Source of the DNA: Paraphysomonas bandaiensis
Lineage: Eukaryota; Protista; Chrysophyceae
Reading direction: 5' to 3'
Length of the DNA stretch: 64,000 bases
Assembly (NCBI GenBank): GCA_965644295.1
Contig: CBFFRP010000431.1
Coordinates: 62,001-126,000, forward strand
Notes under the pieces: model-generated
The model's input: only the letters and a program-made list of their open reading frames with translations
Database searches by the model: none
Told to the model about the DNA's origin: nothing
Position numbers and translations under genes: made by a program
Shown here: piece after piece, positions 26,128-40,600 of the stretch
How the letters are laid out: every line of letters begins with the position of its first letter
Numbering within the stretch: position 1 is the stretch's first letter

Positions 26128-28248
26128 ATGGCTGAACAAGCTGAAACATTCGCATTCTCTGCTGATATTAATCAGCTTCTCTCTCTGATCATCAACACCT
26201 TCTATTCCAACAAGGAGATCTTTTTGAGAGAGCTTATTTCCAACTCATCTGATGCTTTGGACAAGATCCGCTACATGAGTCTTACCGACCCCTCTGCTCT
26301 TGAGAAGGAGCCTTCTATGGAGATTAGACTTATTCCCGACAAGACCAACAAGACTCTCACTATTGAGGACACTGGTATTGGTATGACTAAGGCTGATCTT
26401 GTTAACAACCTCGGTACTATCGCCAAGTCTGGTACCAAGGCTTTCATGGAGGCCCTTTCAGCTGGTGCTGATATTAGCATGATTGGACAGTTTGGTGTCG
26501 GATTTTACTCTGCCTACCTTGTGGCGGATAAGGTAGTTGTTCACTCAAAGAATAACGACGATGAGCAGTACGTTTGGGAGTCTGCTGCTGGTGGTTCCTT
26601 CACTGTAACCCCTGATACTTCTGAGCCACTTGGACGTGGTACTCGTATTGTACTTCACTTGAAGGAGGATATGCAGGAGTACCTCGAGGAGCGCCGACTC
26701 AAGGATCTTGTTAAGAAGCACTCCGAATTTATTGGATTCCCCATTCGACTATACTCAGAGAAGGAGGAGGAGAAGGAAGTGACTGATGATGAGGATGAGG
26801 AGGAGGACAAGGAGGGTGATGATGAAGACAAGCCCAAGGTTGAAGATGTCGACGAGGAAGATGGGGAGAAGAAGAAGAAGACGAAGAAGGTCAAGCAGGT
26901 CTCCAAATCTTGGGATCACCTCAACGAACAGAAGCCCATCTGGATGCGCAAGACTGAGGATGTTACCAACGAGGAGTATGCTTCTTTCTACAAGTCTATT
27001 TCCAATGACTGGGAAGAGCACCTTGCTGTCAAACACTTTTCCGTTGAGGGACAGCTCGAGTTCCGTGCTATCCTCTTTATTCCCAAGCGTGCTCCCTTCG
27101 ACATGTTTGAGGGCGGCTCCAAGAAGAAGTTTAACAACATCAAGTTGTACGTTCGCCGTGTGTTCATCATGGATAACTGCGAGGACCTTATGCCTGAGTG
27201 GCTCCAGTTCGTTAAGGGTGTTGTAGATTCCGAGGACCTCCCACTCAACATCTCCCGTGAGTCACTTCAGCAAAACAAGATTCTCCGCGTTATCAAGAAG
27301 AACTTGGTGAAGAAGTCCATTGATATGTTCAACGAGATCGCCGAGGATTCTGAGAAGTATGCCAAGTTCTACGAGCAGTTTGGAAAGAATCTTAAGCTCG
27401 GTATCCACGAGGATTCCACCAACCGTGCCAAAATTGCCAAGCTCCTCCGATATTATTCCACCAAGTCTGGCGAGTCCCAGACCTCTCTTGACGACTACCT
27501 TGCACGCATGCCAGAGGACCAGGAATGCATCTACTATGTTACAGGTGAATCTAAGAAGGCTTTAGAGAGTTCTCCCTTTATTGAGCGCCTTAAGCGCAAA
27601 GGACTCGAAGTGCTTTTCATGGTTGACCCCATTGATGAGTACGCTGTTCAGCAGTTGAAAGAGTACGAGGGCAAGAAGCTTGTCTGCGCCACAAAGGAAG
27701 GGCTTAAGCTCAATGAGACTGAGGAAGAGAAGAAGGCTTTTGAGGAGAAGAAAGCCGCCACTGAGGGACTTTGCAAGCTTATCAAGGAAGTGTTGGACGA
27801 CAAGGTCGAGAAAGTCGTTGTTTCCAACCGCCTTGAGCAGGCACCTTGTGTCCTTGTGACTGGTGAGTTCGGGTGGTCCGCTAACATGGAGCGTATTATG
27901 AAGGCCCAGGCTCTTCGTGATGCTTCCACCTCATCTTATATGATGTCTAAGAAGACCATGGAAGTCAACCCCTCTAATCCTATTATTGTTTCTCTTCGTG
28001 ACAAGGTATCTGCTGATCAGTCTGACAAGACAGTCAAAGATGTCATCTGGATGCTTTACGACACATCTTTGTTGACGTCTGGATTCTCTCTTGACGAGCC
28101 CACTACCTTCGCTAACCGCATCCACAGATTGATTAAGCTAGGCCTTTCTATCGATGATGACGACGAAGGTGACGATGCCATCGAGGACATGCCCGAGCTT
28201 GAGGGTGCCGAAGATGTCGGAGAGTCCACCATGGAAGAGGTCGATTAA
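26128..28248 (+). CDS. HSP90: Cytosolic heat shock protein 90
   Basis: [34 protein letters not shown]-terminal MEEVD. Intronless with strong codon bias. Confidence 0.99.
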   Translation: MAEQAETFAFSADINQLLSLIINTFYSNKEIFLRELISNSSDALDKIRYMSLTDPSALEKEPSMEIRLIPDKTNKTLTIEDTGIGMTKADLVNNLGTIAKSGTKAFMEALSAGADISMIGQFGVGFYSAYLVADKVVVHSKNNDDEQYVWESAAGGSFTVTPDTSEPLGRGTRIVLHLKEDMQEYLEERRLKDLVKKHSEFIGFPIRLYSEKEEEKEVTDDEDEEEDKEGDDEDKPKVEDVDEEDGEKKKKTKKVKQVSKSWDHLNEQKPIWMRKTEDVTNEEYASFYKSISNDWEEHLAVKHFSVEGQLEFRAILFIPKRAPFDMFEGGSKKKFNNIKLYVRRVFIMDNCEDLMPEWLQFVKGVVDSEDLPLNISRESLQQNKILRVIKKNLVKKSIDMFNEIAEDSEKYAKFYEQFGKNLKLGIHEDSTNRAKIAKLLRYYSTKSGESQTSLDDYLARMPEDQECIYYVTGESKKALESSPFIERLKRKGLEVLFMVDPIDEYAVQQLKEYEGKKLVCATKEGLKLNETEEEKKAFEEKKAATEGLCKLIKEVLDDKVEKVVVSNRLEQAPCVLVTGEFGWSANMERIMKAQALRDASTSSYMMSKKTMEVNPSNPIIVSLRDKVSADQSDKTVKDVIWMLYDTSLLTSGFSLDEPTTFANRIHRLIKLGLSIDDDDEGDDAIEDMPELEGAEDVGESTMEEVD

Positions 28249-28548
28249 GCTTTCTGAGGGCGGAAGCATCTTTCTTGAGTATGCCAGTCGCTACACGAGA
28301 ATGGTGGTATGTGTTAGCGTAGACTATATTTTACGACATAATAATTATGCACTTTTACGAACAATTTGTGATGAACCGTAAGCGCAGTGTAGTGAGTAGA
28401 TGACAAATGTCAACATATCCAGCATCTTAGTATAAGGGCCAGAAGCACCTCTAAAGAGATATCCTGAAGACACCTCGTGTTTACATAACAGGAGTGCTTA
28501 GTTTTCATGACACTCGATTATCCCCTCAAAGTATTCAGCAATAAGAAC

Positions 28549-28729
28549 TGTTGTTCATAACTTTCCAAAAATATTTTTATTGCTAACTTAGGGCACTAAC
28601 TGATTTAACTTATAGTACGTAGTAACAGAAGTTGACATTATTTGCTAAGGTTTACTATTCTCAAATGATAAGATGAAGTTATAAACATTACATGATAAAG
28701 AACCTAAGTTGTGTTCGATGTGTTCAACA
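28549..28729 (-). mobile_element. Candidate 3' LTR of the Copia remnant
   Basis: About 180 bp bounded by TGTTG...CAACA just downstream of the RNase H ORF; the purine tract is weak and no second LTR is seen. Confidence 0.3.
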
Positions 28730-28820
28730 CCATTCATTTACTACTATAGTGTACAAAAAATTCTTGACAGTAAAATAGACTCATCTCTAAGTCTAAACCT
28801 CTGTCTAAAAAACTCAGTAC

Positions 28821-30170
28821 CTACTTGCGTTTTTTATCTCTTGGTCCCTCATTAATCACTTCAGTGGAACTCTTAATTTTCTCTCCAAGATTTCTCATTC
28901 TCTGCTCCATATATGATAAACCAACCAATGACTTTGTATAAATATCTGCTGCTTGTTGCGATGTATGCACATGCACTAACTTAATCGTATTGAACTGATT
29001 GGGATCCACGTGCTCTCTCACCATGTGATACTTAATCTCAATGTGCTTCGACTTCTTGTGAAACACTGGGTTTTCGGCCAAATCCTGGGCACTCTGACTG
29101 TCGATGAAGAATGGTGTGGGTTTGATGAGCCTCAACTTAATCTCACCCGTCACCCCCCGAACCCATAGCACTTCTTGGAGACCCGAGTAAATACACTGAT
29201 ACTCAGACTGCATGCTTGACGTTGCCACTGTCATCTGCAGTTTGGACTGCCAGACTATAGGCCCTCCCGCTGCAAACCCAACGTACCCCGACGTGGACTT
29301 CCTGGAGAGCTGGTCTCCCGCCCAATCCGCATCAGTAAACATATGGAAGTCGAACCGTCTACTCCCATATTGAATCCCTTTGTCAATAGAACCACGAATA
29401 TATTGCCATACGTGTGTTAATAGCTTGCATACTTCAATATTCACTTTATTACTGAACCGAGACAGTACTCCCACTGCATATAGGCAATATCCGGCCTCGT
29501 GTTCATCGATAGGTATAGTAATGCACCTATCAGCGGCCGATATGGGAAGTTATCTAGAGTATAAGCTGTTCCTCCTCGGTATGCTCATGCCGCGCCCCTT
29601 TTGCCAGTAAATCCATTGCTTCCGCCGGTAGAGGACTCTTCCGTACCTTTCGCGGTGGCCCAAGGTACTTTTCAAACTTTTCTAAGATCTTAGCCGGATT
29701 GGTCAAGACGAATATACTCTGGCGTCCTTGTGACTCGAACATTCAGAAAATGTTCCATCTTGCCCATATCCTTCATATCAAACCGGGCACACAGTTGAGC
29801 TTTAATATCCTTCACTATGTTGACATCTCGACCTAACACTAGGATATCATCCACATGTATCGTTAATAATACCAATTCATCGCCCTTATACTGATAATAC
29901 AAACACGGGTCTAATACACATGGTTTAAAAGGCATAGATCGTATGAATTTATCCAATGTTTTCCACCCGTATAACGACTTCTTCAACTTAAAGCGGTACC
30001 CCTCAGGCAGCTGAAAGTCCGGAGTTGCCTTCATATATATACGTCTCCCTCTATATCTGCATATAGAAATGCGTTAGACACATCCAGTTGATGAATTACC
30101 ATGTTAATCACGAAGGCAATGGCGATTAACAGTCGCACTGTTACCCCCTTAACAACGGGAGCGAAATGGT
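28821..30170 (-). mobile_element. Ty1/Copia LTR-retrotransposon remnant (RT + RNase H), disrupted
   Basis: HQLDVSNAFLY, LKKSLYG, DPCLY, IHVDD, FTDADWAG...RKSTSGY, SSMQSEY, HKKSKHIEIKYH, QAADIYTK. Frameshifts, and a deletion after SLYG. Confidence 0.93.
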
Positions 30171-30341
30171 TCGCCCAACCACTCGACTGCTGTCCACAAC
30201 CGTTTGCCGATGTTGCATTACCTCTCTACGAATCGACTCCAATCACTGGTTGAGGACTGAAGCTTTTTCTGGCGAAGCATAATTCCAGTTTTTGCCTCTT
30301 ACAATGCTTGTTGCAACAGAGAGTATTTCCGGGGACGCGCC

Positions 30342-30600
30342 CTAACCAACAAATTGGAATCCAACTGAATGGACCATATACTTTAGACAATTGTGATCAA
30401 AATGCACCTCAAATTTCCGGCCACTACTAAGATAAATATGCCAATGGAGAATGACGTCTCGGAGTGCTTTACATTTAATATCGAAAAAGCGCATATAAAT
30501 TACCGTGAGTTGCGTTTTCTTGGACACATCCTGTCCAATAATGTCCTGATTCAAAAAAGGTAGAGGCGATCGCAAACCTTGCGGACCCAGCGGATCTTAC
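30342..30600. mobile_element. Ty3/Gypsy pol fragments in opposite orientations
   Basis: Minus strand: ALRDVILHWHIYLSSGRKFEVHFDHNCLKY (RNase H-like). Plus strand from about 30506: ELRFLGHILS...PDSKKVEAIANLADP (end of RT). Confidence 0.65.
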
Positions 30601-31118
30601 ATATAAAGAAGCAAGGGAGCCTTACGCAGTGATCCTTCGCAGTGCTAAATGGCTCTAGCTTGTTTCATTTAGCACTGAGGATCAGAGCAATGATTATTGA
30701 AGAACAACAGTCAATATCGAGTACTGATGAGCAGCGCGTCAGAGATATTGGACTCGTTATGGTATTAGATGATGCTGACACTAATAGGCTAATAGGAGGG
30801 TGTTACAATTAACTACAACCGTACACTACTCGTAACGGTTATGCTTTAAATACCTTATAACTACAGCTTTCAATTGCTCTCACATAGCAGAACTCAACAC
30901 GATAAACTGGTACCAGCTACAAACTCTAAAGAATGTTTGTTATCTCCGTAAGAAAGGTTCTCTGCGCATAAATCAAACAAGATACCAGTTGGGGCTCCAC
31001 ATTTGCCATGATTGACCGCTACTTGCTTCTATCTAATCATTTGCGATCATGCGAAGTTGGTTCCGACGTGTTAAGTCAAACCAAGTGAAATAATGGAACC
31101 TCATGAATCAATAATTAT

Positions 31119-31141
31119 CAATTAATTGATACGCAACCCTG
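31119..31141. mobile_element. Solo terminal inverted repeat of the hAT family found at 55999-57237
   Basis: CAATTAATTGATACGCAACCCTG versus CAATTAATTGATACGCAGCCCTG (1 mismatch). Confidence 0.75.
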
Positions 31142-31655
31142 GGAACATGCCATGCTCGTGCAACTAAGGGATGAATTGGAATTCTTTCAACTAGTGTCCA
31201 TACAATTGCAGAAGGAAGTTGGCCACCAGCTCGACCTCCACGTGTTCCTGTTGAATGACAGACTTGGGACACTATTCAGACTTCCTTTAGTAGGTCTACC
31301 TTGCACGTCTGATTGCTTCAAAAAACAAGGAAGCGAAAACAGAGTAAATCCGCATCACTGTTTCTCATAAGCATGATACATACACCTCTAGCCCCTCTTC
31401 CATGTTGGCAGATCAATTTTTTATATAAATACAAAAAATGTGCGCACAACAAATAAATATTACTTTAACTGACATTGAGAGACTATCCAATGATTATAGA
31501 AATGTAATCACTGTACACACACTAACTAATACTCGTAATACATCACATTCAAATTTATATACATTCATATCAATGAGGGTTATTCCAAACGGAATCGTTA
31601 ACACGTTCAATCAGTCGTATAATTCGTTTACTATATGACCACAAGAGTGAATACA

Positions 31656-34600
31656 CTACTCTCCATTTCCTGTGGTCGACCAATTGTGAAGAGCAGAAGG
31701 TACTGAAGACCATCCGGCAATGTCAGGTTCAGTAACACGGAAGTCTGCATCCATTTCAGTGCAATGGACAATTGCATAACGCAGTTTTTCAGCCATGACC
31801 TGCACAAACAGCAACAGTTACACGATAATGCACGCAATTGGTCACTGGATATACTTACCGATTTGCTTGAGTATCGCGGCAAATTAATCGAAAAGAAACA
31901 TGTGTGAGCTTTAGGTAAATATTGATCTGGCTTTGAGGACGCGTCATCGCCAACTGCACTCTGAATTTTTAATTTCTGAGGAAACTCAACATCCTTCGGT
32001 GGCAATGTCGGTCGCGCCCATACAAAACGCAAAAATGCACCTTTCTCCTCTTCAGAAAATTCATTCAGAACTTCCCAAAAAGCTACGATGTGAGCATCTG
32101 TCGGAGAAACGTCATCGTCATATTCAGTATTGGCCTTTAGGCGTTCAATATCAATAGTTTTGGAACCACATACAAGTTGTTCCAGCTCGTCCCAACATAA
32201 AAGGCTGATTGCACTTTCCGGAATCACACTTAATATGCCACACCTAAAAGATTCCACAGCACGAGCACACTCTCCGAGGCGAGCTTCTACATACAGCTGC
32301 AAGTATTTCCCCAGTTCTTCAATAACTACGCTCTTATTACGCCCACCAGGGATAAGATCAACAATCTGTCCGTCAGTGAACGTAACTGCCCAAGTTACAT
32401 CCTGAAGGACAGCTTCCCCCTCTTGACGAAGTGAAGAAAGGATATCAGGTGAATCCGCAGAGGTGCACAGTCTGTGGTGAATGTTCGCCAAGTATTGAAT
32501 AAAACTACATGCCGGCGCATCAAACGACGCAATATCAGCCTCAGTGAGAGGTTGCCGAACCACAGATTTCCATATGAAAGAAGCCAATGGTAAATTAAGA
32601 GTTATTTTCGATCTCAGGGCTATACCGACTAGCTGGCCCAAAAACTTGAATAAATCAAGACGTATAGCGGAAGTAGATGCTGGATGAAACGTGTATTTAT
32701 ATCGCTCTTCACATTGCTCACCAGCAATCCAATTAGAAGTGGGATGCAAAAGCGGTAAGAAGCAGGAAGCTGGAATTTTCTCTCCAGAGAGAAACGCTTC
32801 TGATGAAGCTGATTCTGTTGTATTCAGTGCCACTGCGGAAGGATCTTGAACTTGTAATTCTTCACATAGCTTTTGAAATATTTCCCTATAAGGTCCACCG
32901 TAATCATCCACTCCCTCCCCTTCAAATCTCACTTTGAAGGTTCTAGACTGCCCATCATCCATTGGGTGCGTATAACTAATTCGCAGCTTATCTTCAGAAT
33001 GCTGACGCAGATCCTTCCATAGTTGACAAAACATTGATGAGAACATTACATCTTCTCCTATGACCCGCATCTGTTGGGCTGCTTCAAGAGCACGGAAGCT
33101 CTTGAATCTGTTCAGCTTTACAAGGGGCAAATCCTCTGGATAATCATAGTCATCATCTGTTTTCGAAACCTTAGCTGTAGAGGAATTCAATATCTTCCAG
33201 AAGTGGGATATCTTGAGATCAGCATATATATATTTACGAGCCTGTGCGCAGAGAAAAAAGTGATTAAGGGCAGTGCACAAGCCGTATTCTTGGGCAGTGC
33301 TCTTCCCAACCCAGGAGAATTGATATATAGGCCATGCAATACCACCTTGTGTTTGATCTGGATAGTGGAAAAAAACGGACTTTTCATTCATATCACAAGG
33401 GTTGCTATTATGTTGCAAGGACTCATCAGAATGTACAGTTGGAATAGAAATGGTAACCGGTGCGTAATCTTCACAATGTTTTTTCGGCGGTGAGGCCAAA
33501 TCGCTACTGGTGCTTGAAAGTGTCGGTAAAAAGTATGGTAGAATGTGTTCTAGTTGGTGATTTAGTACACGCAGCATTCCGATTCGAGCAAGGACCGCTT
33601 TCCGTTTGGGACCAGTGATACCCCATTTATGAGAAAGTTCAACACTGTCAATAACATAACGCGACAACTGTTGCTGTATGCTTCTAAAATCATCACATAT
33701 ATCTTGGCAGCTGACATCCCAAGGAGTACACACACCTGGATGAATACCCTTCAGTTGATTGTTTTTATGTCGCTGCGCATCATGTTCGCCAAACTTAGAG
33801 CTTTTCTTCATCAAAAACTGCACCAGCGCACAATCAATATCTTCCGACCACCGCTGGGGATCCAACAGCTCTTTCAAAGTTAATGTGTCGAATTGAATCA
33901 TTTTCTCATTGCCATCCGCTTGCTGATACTCAGCATCACTATTTCCGACAGCGTCTTCATATGAACACCGCTGAAAGAGGCCCCTTGCTCTACCCGCAAC
34001 GAGCTGTTGGCGAGAGAAATACCATACTTCATTTTTCTCTTTCGTTCGAAACCATATTCTACCGTAAGCGGTACCAACAATTTCAGCAATGCCATATTGA
34101 GTGCGAACACGGTCTCCCACATTAAGGCCATACTGTTTTAACAATGCTGAATTATGCGACAAGAAAACATAACTTCCTGAAACAGTTTTTCTTCTGAAGA
34201 CACTCCCACTACTCCACGACATCAAATGATTCGATATGATGTCAAGTATTCGTGGTGAAAATGGTGTGCGAGTATTAAGACAGTACAGCATTTCATGGGC
34301 CACACTAAACTGATCCAAGCTCACAATTGAAGGTGAGCATGGAAGTGGTACAGGTGGACAGAGGGTGCGCCCTGAGTCACATACAATCTCCACTTCCTGA
34401 CCGACATTGTAAAACGCAATAGCAGGAAACAATTCCCCGTAAATTTTGTCAAATGCAACTCCCAGATTTTTTCCATTTCTCGTAAATGACAGAGTTCCAC
34501 AGTTGAAATCCAAAACAACTCCTACGATATCTCCGACAGAGAATGGCTCTCCATAGATCTTAACTTTTTCACGACCATGGTATAGCGCTTGCTCGCCAAT

Positions 34601-37600
34601 AAATCCCCAGCCTTCTGAACATCCACCCAGAAAAGTGTTCAAATCCACATCTGACGAAGCCACACCAACAAAAATATAAGCTGTCGATGACGAAACAATC
34701 TTGACCTCCCAGCTATTCACACCATTCGTAAAAGGATAGTTACCCAAAATCGTACTCCAATTATCATCACCAGTGTATGACGCTGCTCGACCATCTTGAC
34801 TAATAATGATATCCGCACCACATCGCAAAGGGTCAAACGTAAATGGAGAACTGGAAGTCTTGGTCCGAAAGTCCACGTGCCCACTCCATGGACCAGGAAT
34901 GGAATCAATGATCAGGCGGTATCGAGTACTGAAACTGCTGTTCGAACACAATCCAGTGTGTGTAATTCGAGAAGAAATGCCGTAATATACAGTTTCATAC
35001 GAACTGTTCTCCTCATTGGAGTCGCCACTATCTCCAACTACACGTATAGCTATTTCCACTAGCACTGGACCGTTCTCCAGTTCAGGATATTGATCCACTG
35101 CAGTACTTACATCGATTTCTACTGAATGAAACCCACAATGTATAATACTGGGGAACGGCAGAACAGGAACATTTACAGTGATCTGGGGGACCCTAGGAGT
35201 ACGTGGTGTCATTGAATGAACATTGGAACTTCCACGAGAATCCTTGTTTACATTTATTGTACAATTGCGACTGCAGTTTCTTTGAATAATAGCAAAGCCA
35301 GACGCAAGACATACCAACTGTTGTGCAGCAGTGGTTGCATTATACACAGCATGCCCACGTTCCCGCATTAAATGTTCTTGCGCTCGAGACCAAAGAAGGT
35401 TAAACGTATTGCTTTTACACAGGTGGATAATATCAGCAGTCGGTGACCATCCCGCCATGAGACGGACAATAATTCGTTGAACAGCGAGTACACAAAGAGA
35501 CATGACATGAAGCTCAACTGCAGAGTTTTCAATAGAAGAGAGTATAGGTAGCAAGAGCTTGAGAAAACTAGAACAGACATCAGGCTCTTCTTCTGTATGT
35601 TCATGCAAACGCAGCCAAACAAATGCCGACTGTAAATACCGACTAAATAAATCTGTGCTTTCAAGTATGCTGGAACTCCTCGAAGAATTAAGCGAAGAAG
35701 ACTGAAGAAAAGATGCTGCTACATATCTGATTGAATGGACAAGGGAATGTGTAAGTTCTGAACCATGACTGTGATAGAGGTGTGTACTAAAATTTTCACA
35801 CAAAGTATTGAGTTCAAAATTCTTCCTAAAACTCTGTTCATGAGATATCCCATGCCACAACATCACTTTAGCCGGAAATTGAAGTGAAGAATAGGTAGAA
35901 ATATCCATTTTGTGTGATGTACATAGTGTACGTGTATGATATATAATAGAATCGCGCAATTCTAACACTAGTTGAAATGGAAACTCCGGTATTCGCTCAG
36001 CTATTCCATCTTGACATACACTCTGCCCACTTGTTTCTGTACAAATAAAATCATCCCTCGAAGAAATATTTGATGGCGGTACATTTGTCGACTGACAATA
36101 TATTAATTCGGCAAGTAGTCCTGTTTTTAAAAGACTTTTCTGACTAGGCTGAATGCTTTCGGTGACTATTCCCATCTGCCTCGTCACAAAATCTGCCCAA
36201 ACGATTTCCGCATCATCGGGGGGAAATTCACTCTGTGTAATTTTGTCAGGCATCGTCGTCATATAGGCTATACTTTTCATCCATAATGAAGGTAGCTGTT
36301 GTTCGGTAACAGACCTGTCACATCCACCACGATTAACGTTGGACGAACTCCATTGAACTGCTCGTGCACAGTGTTGAAGTACTGCACTAAATAAGTTTGA
36401 ATGTGCCCGCATATCTACCACAGTTAGGTCACTTGACCGCGCAAGTCTTCTGGTTAACTGATGGTAAATAAATATTTCAACAGGTCGACAGTATTTATAC
36501 ACATAATTGCGCATGAACTCATGATCCGGACAATTAATTGCGAGGAAATCCGAAAGAGCAATAGAGACATAACCGCAAAGAGAATCCATGAGATCCAACA
36601 TTGAGTGCGTGACATGGTTCCGTAATATTAAGTTGTCAACTTCAGAATCGTACCCAGATAGTTCAGTTGTTTTCATTGATATCAACTGTTGACGGCACGA
36701 GATAGAACTTTTCGTTAGAAGAGTAGCTTGATTTGTAGTTTTATCGATACTCAACACCTTGGAAGGGAATCTACAATACCTACTTTTTACGTCACCGCCA
36801 ATATATGGTCTCACTGGGAAATCACCAACAAATACAGCAGTACCAAGCATATCCGTGACCACTAAGTCAGTCCATTCTGAGCGAATTTCTATGGCCACCC
36901 GACATTTGCAAAGGCAACGATACAGAACAGCCGATATAGCCGCATTCCAACTAGGTACCGTTGAAAGATGCCTCAGGAAGCGAACTAAGTTCTGCGATAG
37001 CTCCCCAACTAAGTCCTCCCTTGCTACAGGAACTTCAATTGCACCTGCGCCATGCACACCGTCAATTCCGGAGCTGGGTTCAAAATCTTGATTGGTCTTC
37101 ACTATAACGAAAGCTGGGCAAAAGGAAAGAAAGTGTAACAGCCTTTCTTTGTGGTGCGTCTTGCTATCATTGTCAGCATCCACGTTCCTCCGAGCAGTGG
37201 AGGAACTGTCTCGAAGTGCTGAAGACGGTACCCAACACACACCAATTAATCGGATAATATATAATACAAATTTTTCCCTAAAAGTCGAATGCTCGGGTAA
37301 GCACGACACATTCATAATTGTACTGGACTCATTGAGCGAAGATGTACGATCCATGCCATCGTGTGTTGACAGTTCAATATCCTCCACTACATCTAACAGC
37401 AATATTTTCTCCATTACTTTGAGAGCTCCATACCGCAGCCTATTAGAATCCGATAAAAAGAGACAATGCATTGAGCTCAAAACCTTTGCGCAATTGGCTA
37501 CAGCCTTATAACAGTTAATTTTCGTTACAAGCGACATACATGCAGCAAGCAACTGATATGCTAATCTTTCGCGCGCATCATGTGCTTCAGGGGGACCTTG

Positions 37601-40600
37601 ATCATAAACAACCCGCACATGAATCGGGGACAAAGCACGCGTGTAATACTTCAAACTTGCAAGCAAGCCATCAAATCCTTCGCGAATATAGTCAACCCTA
37701 GTGCGAACACCACTTGGACAAGAACCAATTATAACAGGGTACAAAATTGCTCTGGCATTACCAGCTGTAGTTACTTGACAATCCATCGCCCCGTTAACAA
37801 ATAATTTCACTTTCCTAGACTCTACAACTGCTGCGACATGAACCCAAGAGTACATTGGAATAGAACTTTGACTTGTCAGGCGTTCAAACTCATTGGCTCT
37901 CCCATATATCACTTCTAGCTTCATGTCAGAACCACGAATTGCAATGAGTGGCCACGCATCATTGTGACTGACTTTGCCAACCAAAAAATTGTAACGTGCT
38001 GTCGTCTTTTTCGTAATAAACACCCAAAAAGCAAGCGTAAAGTCAATACCCTTGAGATTACTGAGCAGTTTTTCGCCTTGAACAACAAATCCCTCTTGAG
38101 TTCGGCCAAATTGCATTGGATTAACGATGAGCTCCTGACAGCGACGTCGCTGAGCTGAGCTATCTTTACCGCTCCTCGCCATAGCAGAGTCCTTATTCTC
38201 ATTCGCAAACGACATATTGTTACACTCGGCCATCGCAACAACACGTCGAGACCGCTGGAATTGATGAAGTAGCGAACAATTGGCATCTAAAAGTAGGTTG
38301 TACACAAACGAAGAATTGCAGTCATCGCACTCTGTGCTACGTACTGCTACGGCTTGCATGAAGCTTACAATTACGCAAGCCGCACGCCGCAGATGAGATG
38401 CACGCTCTCTATTTGTAGCACGCTTCGCAGCGCCCCCACCGCGCTCATCAGATACTTGAAATTCAACGAGCTTGTCGTCCACAAACACCAAAGTATCTTT
38501 TAAACAAACAAACGTCGATAATATTGACGACGACGAAACAGCATCAAACCTGTCAATGACAATAAGCTGCAAAAACTTCATATTGAAGCAAAATAAATTG
38601 ATTTCAGAGTTCTGATATGGAAGGCTTGACCCGTCACATATTGCTGAACAGAAAGATTTCACTGAATCTTGAATGGTGTCAATTAAAAACTGCACCGCAT
38701 TTTTGCGCGAGACCGTTGATACAGATGTGCCAATCGTACTTGACGGGTCATCGCCAATAACTTTCTCTATTTCTATCAATCGGAACAGCCTATGTTTCCA
38801 CATCATAGAAATAATAGACACAACGTCGATTTGCAGAGAAGGCTGCTTCTTTGATCGAGATAATAATTGGCCTATAGATAGTATACCGGCAGTTTGCCGT
38901 TCGAAATTTTCTTTGACACCAATCATTCTTTCAATCATACTACGCCACGATGACTCTACTAATGCAACCGATATTGTATTCAAGCATAGAGCAGACTCTG
39001 TCACTACACTCTTGAAGATGCGCAGAACATATCCCATTCTTTTCTTAATTTTAAATTGATGGCAAGATTTCCAACGATTTATGCACATAACAACAAGAAT
39101 TGTTCGTCGCAATGCGGGGCGTAGTCTTCCGCGAGCACTCACAGACAGTGGAAGCGGGGCGACAGAAGTCTTGCTAACACAAGTATTCAAAATTTTATGA
39201 CAGCCATACACCACTCTACTTAGCAACGAAAATATGTCGCGCCATGATTGTCCTTTAGCTTTCATGACAAGTTCCGTACGTTTACTTATTACGTACTTCA
39301 CGATATCCGCAATCCCAGACCACATCCCCTTAAAAAATACCTCGTCACGGAGAAATACAGTGCCAGTCCACTCGCTGCAAAGCATTCGAATGCTAGCAGC
39401 AATACACGCCTCGATACCATATACAATATCTATACACTTCGATGCTTTAGCAGCTACCAATACTGCACGATATGTCGGATTGGACTCGTACTCACCATGT
39501 CGGAGCACATTATTCTCATCACTTTCAACAGGTGGACAGCACTGGGAGATCAGGTCTAAATGCTGTGTCATGTTATCAGGTCCCGCCCAATATTGCCAGA
39601 AACTTCCATACTCGATATTCGAAGCCCCACTTTTATAACTCTCTTTACCAAGAAGAATGGATGATAATTTTGCACTGAGCACAATAGTCAATTTTAGTAA
39701 CCTATTCCACCAATTGGTTTGAACAATTTCTTTTTTCAATGGAGAAGCTGAATCGTTGATTCTACACGATGGAGACAGGTATCCGGAAGAATCATCCTTT
39801 AAGCGCTTCCGCGCTGGCGAATAGTTGTCTCGTTCTGAATCTGAGTTCTGAACAAATTCCTGTAATTTGAGAAGTAAATTGTTCACTGGATCGGACAAAT
39901 CAAACACTCTATCCGACAAATCCGTATTGGAGAGAGCATACAGCATGAAAGTAGGAAGTATTGAGCTCAATACTGTACCATTTCTAAGAGTATCCCTAGT
40001 ATCTTCCGTGATGGGGTGGGAATTCAAGTAGTCAACAACACTTTCCGCAGCATAGAATAAACTTCGAATAATTCTTTCGCCAAGGGAATGAATGTGCGTA
40101 TCGTAAGTCTCCCCTGCATTCCTATTTTCAAAAATTATTGGAATCGCGCATTTCGTAAAGTGAGTACAACAGTGTTCTAAGTTATTCAGCCAATGAGATA
40201 ATTCATTGAAACAGTCTTGATTCCTGTCGTGTAACTTATACTCAAGTCTCGCTTTAGATATATGGGCGTATACATTCAACAGATGTGAATATATTTGCAA
40301 GCCTTGCTGAACAGATGTCTGAAATAATTGAACTACTTCTCCAATACTGCGATATTTGAAACAAACGCGCGTAAACAAACGTACATATCTGGAGTAGTCA
40401 ATGGAGTCCACCGGGTTGTCCCCCGCAAGTGAACTGAATGAGATATCGTAGAACTCGTCACCCGAATTTGATCCTTCCGTCACAGTTTCTGCAAGAAAAG
40501 TAACAAACCTACACCTCTCGTTTGTTGACCAAAACAATGTTTCAAAATGCCTAGCAACGCACGACGCAGCCTGTTTCACAACAACTAGCGATCGTCCTTG

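Noticed and set aside
26271-28125. Multiple antisense and alternate-frame ORFs inside Hsp90
   Set aside because: Low-complexity shadows of biased Glu/Lys/Asp codons.
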